A stretch of DNA of 64,000 nt from Alphaproteobacteria bacterium (GTDB taxonomy: Bacteria > Pseudomonadota > Alphaproteobacteria > SP197): the NCBI GenBank assembly GCA_965228895.1, contig OZ245842.1:2176001-2240000 (forward strand), in the 5' to 3' direction. The translations under genes were made by a program, and so were the position numbers. This document shows, piece by piece, positions 57,920-64,000 of the stretch. Under the pieces are notes generated by a model that was given only the letters and a program-made list of their open reading frames with translations, searched no databases and was not told where the DNA came from. How positions within the stretch are numbered: the stretch's first letter is position 1; each line of letters begins with the position of its first letter.

Positions 57920-59539
57920 GTGGGGATCAGGCAAACGCAGCGCGCACCACGCCAAGTCAAACCGGCACCGCGACGCGGCCGGTTGTGGCTGTCTGAGGCA
58001 ACGATTGCGTTCGTGGCCCCGGCGCTGCTGGGTGCTGCCGTCGGGTTCTTTACGGCCAGCGAAATGGTCAGCAATGCACCGGTTATCGCGCCGGCGATCT
58101 GGCAGGTTGCCGAGCGCGACATGCCCTTGTCGGCTGTTCCTGAGACAATCGAGGTCGCGACCCTGCCGCCGCTTTATGTTGTCGATCACCAACCCATTGA
58201 AGTCGCCCAAGCGGTCATCCCGGTCGATCCCGACTTCGATGACGGCTTTGATGTCACCGTTGATCCGCCTTCGTTGGTTGTCGCCGTGGACGCTGGGGAG
58301 TCGGCGACACAGATCGCCATGGCCGGGCCGGCGCATAGACCGCACGACCTCGACCACCGGTCTTTGTTAAGCGCGGTAATCCCGGCCGCCGGCGCTGCGC
58401 ACGCTTCACACGATGTCGCGGGTAGCTCGTGGTATGCGTCGTCTCTGCCGGTTCCCGGTGCGGCTCGTTCACCGCACGATATTGCGTTCGCTGCATGGAC
58501 GGAGGTGGACGGGCGGGCGCAGCTTCACAGCGATCTCGATGGCGCGCCGCTTATGGCCGTGAACGGGCGCGTGGCCGTGGCACAGAACGACGCGCTCACC
58601 ACCTTGCCGCTGCAGGAGCGGCGCCACGCCGACATGAAGGCCTGGTCCATGGTGCTCAGCCTGCCGCAGCCACCGCTGCCCGACGTTGCGCCGGGCCCGC
58701 CGGTTGTGGTGTCGGAGACTGGTCCCGACCTGATCGACGAGACTTTCGCCACGTCGAGCCTGGGACCGCTCGATCTGATACCCGAAACGGAATCTGAGGC
58801 GGACGAGCCTGTCTCCGGCTTGGCGCCGGCCATTGCCATCGTGATCGATGATTTGGGCCTCAACCGCCGCCAAACCGCTGCGGCCTCGGAACTGCCCGGC
58901 CCGCTCACCATGGCGTTCATTGCCTATGCCGACGATCTCGCGCTCCAGACGGCGACCGCGCGCGCGTTCGGGCACGAGATCTTTCTACATCTGCCCATGG
59001 AACCGATCGATGCCGACGAAAACCCTGGCCCGAACGCGCTTTTGGCTAGCCTGTCGGATGCCGAGCTTCGCGCCCGGTTGGTCGAAAACCTCGACCGTTT
59101 CACCGGCTATGTCGGCGTCAACAATCACATGGGCAGCAGGTTGACCCAGGACGGTGGCGCCATGGCTGTCGTCATGGCCGAACTCAAGCACCGCGACCTG
59201 ATGTTCCTCGATTCCGTCACCATCGGGCGCTCTTTGGCGCATCGCACGGCGGTGACCTTCGGTGTGCCGTCCGCGCAGCGCGACGTCTTTCTCGACAACG
59301 TGCCTGACGTCGCGTCGATCATGCGTCAGCTCGCTGCGCTCGAGGCCGTGGCGAACCAGCGCGGCTACGCCATCGCCATCGGCCATCCCCACCCGGCGAC
59401 CGTTGCCGCGTTGGCCCAATGGCTACCGGATGTGGTGGCGCGAGGCTTCCGCCTTGTGCCGGCGAGCGAAATCATCATGCGCGGCGATATCATCCTCGCC
59501 CAGCACGGTGGCGCCAATCTCAACAGCGAAAATCGTTAG
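57920..59539 (+). CDS. Divergent polysaccharide deacetylase (YibQ/DUF610-like) with an N-terminal TM anchor and long linker; start uncertain
   Basis: C-terminal IVIDDLG, HLPMEP, NNHMGS, FLDS, DVFLD, AIGHP motifs. Confidence 0.88.
   Translation: MGIRQTQRAPRQVKPAPRRGRLWLSEATIAFVAPALLGAAVGFFTASEMVSNAPVIAPAIWQVAERDMPLSAVPETIEVATLPPLYVVDHQPIEVAQAVIPVDPDFDDGFDVTVDPPSLVVAVDAGESATQIAMAGPAHRPHDLDHRSLLSAVIPAAGAAHASHDVAGSSWYASSLPVPGAARSPHDIAFAAWTEVDGRAQLHSDLDGAPLMAVNGRVAVAQNDALTTLPLQERRHADMKAWSMVLSLPQPPLPDVAPGPPVVVSETGPDLIDETFATSSLGPLDLIPETESEADEPVSGLAPAIAIVIDDLGLNRRQTAAASELPGPLTMAFIAYADDLALQTATARAFGHEIFLHLPMEPIDADENPGPNALLASLSDAELRARLVENLDRFTGYVGVNNHMGSRLTQDGGAMAVVMAELKHRDLMFLDSVTIGRSLAHRTAVTFGVPSAQRDVFLDNVPDVASIMRQLAALEAVANQRGYAIAIGHPHPATVAALAQWLPDVVARGFRLVPASEIIMRGDIILAQHGGANLNSENR
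58322..58519 (+). repeat. Three degenerate 22-aa (66-bp) repeats, core G-x-A-[HR]-x-x-H-D-[LVI]
   Basis: Gly codons at 58325, 58391 and 58457, exactly 66 nt apart. Confidence 0.7.
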
Positions 59540-61047
59540 GTGTTGCCGCCGCGTCCGGCAAAGGTGACGGCTTCCTCGGCCGCGCGCAGCAGGGCCCGGG
59601 CCTTGTTGCGGCATTCCTGGTGTTCGGATTCCGGTACGCTGTCGGCGACCACCCCGGCGCCGGCCTGGACATGCAGCACGCCGTCCTTGATGACGGCGGT
59701 TCTAAGCGCAATGCACGTGTCCATCGCGCCATCGGCGGCGAAGTAACCGATCGCGCCGCCGTAGACACCGCGGCGGTCGGTTTCCAGTTCGTCGATGATT
59801 TCCATCGCCCGCACCTTCGGTGCGCCGCTCACGGTGCCGGCCGGGAAACCGGCGACAAGCGCATCGATGGCGTCATAGTCGGGGTTCAGGTCGCCCTCGA
59901 CGTTCGAGCTGATGTGCATGACGTGACTGTAGTACTCGATCTCGAACCGCTCGGTGACACGCACCGAGCCGGTCTTGGCAACCCGTCCGACATCGTTGCG
60001 GCCCAGATCAAGTAGCATCAGGTGTTCGGCGCACTCCTTGGGGTCGTCCAACAGCTCGGTCGCCAGGGCATCGTCCTCAGCCCGGTCGGCGCCGCGCTTG
60101 CGGGTGCCGGCAAGCGGGCGAATGGTCACCTTGTCGTCGCGCACGCGCACAAGGATCTCGGGGCTGGAACCGACGACCGCGAAGTCGCCGAACTCCAGAT
60201 AGAATAGAAAAGGCGACGGGTTCACCCGGCGCAGTGCACGGTAGTAAGAGAGCGGCGGCAGGCTAAACGGCAGATCGAAACGCTGGGACAGCACGATCTG
60301 GAACGCGTCGCCGGCGTTGATGTAATCCTTGGCCGCGTCGACAATTTCCAGAAAACGCTCGTGGCTGGTGTTTGATCGGGCTTCGCCCAGATCGTCGGGC
60401 AGATTGCTGTCCCGGCCGTGGGGCAGGGCGCGCTCGAAGTCGGCGACGATATCGGCCAGCCGCTCGCAGGCCCGGCCATAGGCCGCCCGCGCGTTGACGC
60501 CGGCTTCCGGCCACACCGGCGTTACGACGGTGACCTCATCGGCCACGTTATCGAAGATCGCCATAATGGTCGGGCGCAGCAGCAGACCATCCGGTACGTC
60601 GATGGCGCGCTCCTTGTCGGTGGGCAGCCGCTCCATCAGCCGCACCATCTCGTAGCCGACATAACCCACCAGGGCGGCGGCCATGGGCGGCAACTCGTCC
60701 GGCAGGTCGATATGGCACTCGCGCACCAGACTTTTCAGCGACGCAATCGCGCCGTCGTCTTCAGCCACGAACGCGTCGGTGTCGAACCGGGCGCGGCGAT
60801 TGATCTCGGCAAGATTATCCCGGCAGCGCCAGACCAGATCGGGTTTCAACCCGATGATCGAATAACGTCCGCGCGTCGCGCCGCCCTCGACCGACTCCAG
60901 CAAGAAGCTGTTCGGCTGGCCGTCGGCCAGTTTCAGCATGGCCGAGACGGGCGTTTCCAGGTCGGCGACCAGCTTGGTCCAAACGACCTGCGGCTTATCG
61001 TTCTGGTATGGGCCGCTGAACCGGTCGATATCGGGTAAGACGTTCAT
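59536..61047 (-). CDS. trpE: Anthranilate synthase component I
   Basis: LLESVEGG, NPSP, GSSPE, PLAGTR, EHLMLLDLGRND, FPAGTVSGAPK. Confidence 0.98.
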   Translation of the reverse strand: MNVLPDIDRFSGPYQNDKPQVVWTKLVADLETPVSAMLKLADGQPNSFLLESVEGGATRGRYSIIGLKPDLVWRCRDNLAEINRRARFDTDAFVAEDDGAIASLKSLVRECHIDLPDELPPMAAALVGYVGYEMVRLMERLPTDKERAIDVPDGLLLRPTIMAIFDNVADEVTVVTPVWPEAGVNARAAYGRACERLADIVADFERALPHGRDSNLPDDLGEARSNTSHERFLEIVDAAKDYINAGDAFQIVLSQRFDLPFSLPPLSYYRALRRVNPSPFLFYLEFGDFAVVGSSPEILVRVRDDKVTIRPLAGTRKRGADRAEDDALATELLDDPKECAEHLMLLDLGRNDVGRVAKTGSVRVTERFEIEYYSHVMHISSNVEGDLNPDYDAIDALVAGFPAGTVSGAPKVRAMEIIDELETDRRGVYGGAIGYFAADGAMDTCIALRTAVIKDGVLHVQAGAGVVADSVPESEHQECRNKARALLRAAEEAVTFAGRGGNT

Positions 61048-61054
61048 GAAGAAC

Positions 61055-62938
61055 CTAGAATCGCTGAGAGATCAGCTCGCGGTTGATGTTGACCTCATAA
61101 GCCTGACGCAGGTAGGCGATGTGCTGATCGGCGATTGCCTGCCGCGTGCCGCCGGCGACCGAGCCGTTCATGGCCTGGAACTGGTCGGGATCGCTCTCGG
61201 GATTAACCGCCTCAACCGTCTTCAGGCGCGCGATGACCTGGGCGTCGCCGCGCTCGCTTGGCCTGACGACGATGTCGCCTGGCGCGGCATCGAACAGGGC
61301 GGCGACGATGGAAAGGTCGGCACCTGCGGTCAGCGGCAAGGTGCTGCGGGTCAGCGTCTCCTCGCCCAGCGCCAGGAAACCGGAGAAGGCGGGCACGTCG
61401 CCGAGCGGAATGTCGCTGGCGAGTGTTTGGGCGATATCTTCGGCCGCCAGGGTGGCATTCAACGACAGTTGATCGCTGCGCCAGTCCTCGAGAACCTGCG
61501 CCTCGACTTCGGCGAAATCGCGCATCCGAGCAGCCGAAACTTCCGACACTTCGACAGACAGCAAAGCGCCTGAATCGGTCTCGATAACCGGAGAAGGTTC
61601 GTTGGGGAAGGCAAGGAAGAGCTCTTCCAGAAACTCCGGGTCCGAGGGGATGATATGGAAACTCATCGGGTCGGCCGTATTGCCGAACTGGTCAACCTGG
61701 TTGATCGTGCGCACTTCCAGACCCATGGTCGCAGCGGCCTGGCGCAACGTGTCGCCGGCAATCAGCAGGTCATCGAGGTCGTTGATCAGGTCGAACAGGC
61801 TATCGGTCGCGCGCTCGATCGCGACGAGCCTTTCCAGTTCCTCGCGCGCTTCGTCAAAGCTCTGTGTGCTGCCGGGTTCGATCTCGGTCACCCGGAAGAT
61901 CTGCCAACCACCGAAAGGCGATGCGACGGGCTCGCTGAAGGCGTTGAGATCAAGGGCGAAGATCGGTTCTGAAATCTCACCGAACAGCTCGTTGGGACCG
62001 AAGTTGCCGAGTTCGGTTGCGTCGGGCGTCTGACCCGCGTCGACCGCCACCGTCTCGAAATCGGCGGCGGTGTTCAGTTGATCATAGGCCGCGCGTGCCG
62101 CCTCCTCGCTGTCGAAACTGATCTGCTGCACGGTCCGGCGTTCCGGCGTTACCCAGCGGTTGAGCGACGCATCGTATTCGTCGCGCAGAATTTCTTCGTC
62201 GATCAGGATGTCGGCGGCAAGATCCTCGGCACGGACCAGGATGTAGTCCGCGGTTCGATATTCCGGTGCCCGGTAGTCGTCGACACGGGCCTCGAAATAG
62301 CGCTCCAACTCACCGGGCTCAGGCACGGCGTCATCGGCCAGCTCGTCGTTCGACACGACCAGAATTTCGGCCGTGCGCTGTTCGTACCGATACTTGTAGA
62401 GCGCCTGGACCATGGTATCGGGCAAGGGTGGTGCGGCCCGGAAGCTGTCGGTCAACTGGGCGCTCGTCAACTGGTTGGTCAAATTGCCGACATACATCTG
62501 CTCTGAGACGCCGATATTGGCCAGAACCATCGGAAAGAGGCCGGGATCGAACTGGCCCGCTTGGTTGTGGAAAGCGGGATTTGCCGCGATTGCGTCGGCC
62601 ACGGTCTCTTGATTGATGGTGATCCCCTGGGCCGCGGCCTCCTGGTCGAACAACGCGCGGTCGATCAACTGGTTGAGAACGACATCAAGCAGAACATCGG
62701 CCAGCTCGCTACCCGGTTCGACGGCGACGCCGGATTGGGCGAGCGTGGCGGTCTCTCTGCTGTAGGCCAGGGCCAATTGCTCATAACTGATCGAGATCGA
62801 GCCGGCGTCGGCCGCCGTTGTCGCGCTGTCGCCTCGAAATACGTCGCCGATACCCCAGACCACGAAGCTCAGGGCGATGATGGTCAGGAAGATTTTGGCG
62901 ACCCAGCTTCCGGCGCCTTTGCGCATCTTCATCAGCAT
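61055..62938 (-). CDS. ppiD: PpiD-like membrane-anchored periplasmic chaperone / parvulin PPIase
   Basis: N-terminal TM (IIALSFVVWGIG), SurA-N-like domain, PERR..QI and SPFG parvulin remnants; usual position between tpiA and trpE. Confidence 0.88.
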   Translation of the reverse strand: MLMKMRKGAGSWVAKIFLTIIALSFVVWGIGDVFRGDSATTAADAGSISISYEQLALAYSRETATLAQSGVAVEPGSELADVLLDVVLNQLIDRALFDQEAAAQGITINQETVADAIAANPAFHNQAGQFDPGLFPMVLANIGVSEQMYVGNLTNQLTSAQLTDSFRAAPPLPDTMVQALYKYRYEQRTAEILVVSNDELADDAVPEPGELERYFEARVDDYRAPEYRTADYILVRAEDLAADILIDEEILRDEYDASLNRWVTPERRTVQQISFDSEEAARAAYDQLNTAADFETVAVDAGQTPDATELGNFGPNELFGEISEPIFALDLNAFSEPVASPFGGWQIFRVTEIEPGSTQSFDEAREELERLVAIERATDSLFDLINDLDDLLIAGDTLRQAAATMGLEVRTINQVDQFGNTADPMSFHIIPSDPEFLEELFLAFPNEPSPVIETDSGALLSVEVSEVSAARMRDFAEVEAQVLEDWRSDQLSLNATLAAEDIAQTLASDIPLGDVPAFSGFLALGEETLTRSTLPLTAGADLSIVAALFDAAPGDIVVRPSERGDAQVIARLKTVEAVNPESDPDQFQAMNGSVAGGTRQAIADQHIAYLRQAYEVNINRELISQRF

Positions 62939-62985
62939 GGTGGAGCCGATCCGTCGTTGTTGTTGGGTCAGGCGAGAGGCGACGC

Positions 62986-63015
62986 ATCTTAAGTGACAGC
63001 CGCCGGCAACGGCAA
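62986..63015 (-). promoter_or_regulatory. Candidate sigma70 promoter of ppiD-trpE
   Basis: Minus strand TTGCCG-N18-TAAGAT. Confidence 0.45.
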
Positions 63016-63101
63016 ACGGCCATGCGGACCTCCGCGAAGGGTGCTTTTTCCTCTGTCGGCCCCGTGTTAGCAAGGCAAAATCTGTACATGCGGGGAGCAC
63101 C

Positions 63102-63857
63102 ATGAGACGTCACCTGGTTGCCGGGAACTGGAAAATGAACGGCCTGGTGGCCGATAGCGTGGCCCGTGTCGAGGAGCTCGCCAGTCTTGCCTCGCTGCAG
63201 CCGCCTGCCTGCGATGTGCTGATCTGCCCGCCCGCGACGCTGATTGTGCCGCTCAGGGGTTATGTCAGCGCTGGTGCCATGGCCCTGGGCGGCCAGAATT
63301 GCCATCACGAGGACAGCGGTGCCTTCACGGGCGATATCGCCGCGCTCATGCTGTCGGATATCGGCTGCAGTCACGTTATCGTGGGACATTCGGAGCGGCG
63401 CAGGGATCACGGCGAAACCAACGCGATGGTGGCAGCCAAGGTGGCTGCGGCCCACCGCGCGGGATTGCAGGCGATTGTCTGTGTCGGCGAGAACAAGACG
63501 GAGCGCGACGCCGGCCAGGCCGCCGACGTGGTCGCCCGGCAGGTGCGCGAGAGCCTGCCTAAGGGTGCCAGTGCCGGGGATACGGTGATTGCCTATGAGC
63601 CGGTTTGGGCTATCGGCACCGGCGACACGGCGACGCCCGGCGATGTCGAGGCGATCCACACCATGATCCGAGAGGTGCTGACTGAATTGGTCGGCGGTGA
63701 AGCGACCGGCATGAGGCTGCTCTACGGAGGTTCGGTCAAGCCCGACAATGCCGCGGAACTGCTGACTATCGACGACGTCGATGGCGCGCTTGTGGGCGGT
63801 GCCAGTTTGAAGCCAGCTGACTTCTGGGCCATTGCCCAGGCTTGCCCGCGGGCCTAA
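63102..63857 (+). CDS. tpiA: Triosephosphate isomerase
   Basis: AGNWKMN, GHSERR, AYEPVWAIGTG, YGGSV, LVGGASL. Confidence 0.99.
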   Translation: MRRHLVAGNWKMNGLVADSVARVEELASLASLQPPACDVLICPPATLIVPLRGYVSAGAMALGGQNCHHEDSGAFTGDIAALMLSDIGCSHVIVGHSERRRDHGETNAMVAAKVAAAHRAGLQAIVCVGENKTERDAGQAADVVARQVRESLPKGASAGDTVIAYEPVWAIGTGDTATPGDVEAIHTMIREVLTELVGGEATGMRLLYGGSVKPDNAAELLTIDDVDGALVGGASLKPADFWAIAQACPRA

Positions 63858-63979
63858 CTGGACCCACATAGAAGCTGGGCTTTCTGCGCTGGCATAGGCT
63901 TGGCAGCTATGCTAAACGCTGCCGCGCTGTGCCGGGCACAGCAATCCGGTCCCTTGTTTAACGAACAGGTCCAGTCGTC

Positions 63980-64000
63980 ATGGAGACGGTACTCGTCCTC
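63980..64000 (+). CDS. secG: Probable start of preprotein translocase subunit SecG (truncated by the window edge)
   Basis: ATG...METVLVL hydrophobic start after tpiA, where secG is usually found; only 7 codons visible. Confidence 0.55.

Noticed and set aside
57910-57996. 28-codon upstream ORF overlapping the start of the YibQ-like gene (possible trp leader or frameshift)
   Set aside because: No Trp codons, on the wrong strand for the trp genes, and the AGGA is only 2 nt from the ATG.
62939-63103. Long N-terminal extensions in the ORF track (ppiD, and likewise gltA, gltX, moaC, nuoE, fabZ, hupB)
   Set aside because: Artefacts of choosing the most upstream start; family N-termini and SD positions support the downstream starts used here.

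Overview
This is a GC-rich alphaproteobacterial (Rhodospirillales-like, by gene order and sequence style) core-genome segment made almost entirely of housekeeping clusters. In order: tig-clpP-clpX-lon-hupB; tRNA-Val and tRNA-Asp; the complete nuoA-N operon; birA-coaX-rnj-mce-DUF1467-tag; proS-lolC/E-lolD-dnaE; rpsB-tsf-pyrH-frr-uppS-cdsA-dxr-rseP-bamA-skp-lpxD-fabZ-lpxA-lpxI-lpxB; then (mostly minus strand) gloA, a small ORF, gltA, gltX, comEC (+), lexA, moeA, moaC, trpC, trpD, trpG, a YibQ-like deacetylase (+), trpE and ppiD; finally tpiA and the start of secG. I see no mobile element, prophage, CRISPR array or defence island, and no convincing multi-gene novel system. The best leads are small-scale: (1) a sharply bounded, AT-rich, synonymously recoded 72-bp patch with nested inverted repeats inside the conserved core of trpD; (2) a trigger factor with both a His/Asp insert and a histone-H1-like Lys/Ala/Pro tail; (3) a tail-anchored 63-aa microprotein carrying AANDN, identical to the start of the alphaproteobacterial ssrA tag; (4) an antisense YibQ-like gene with three 22-aa repeats splitting trpE from trpGDC, next to an anti-SD stem over the trpG ribosome-binding site. 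All gene calls come from recognising protein motifs and synteny by eye; no database search was run.
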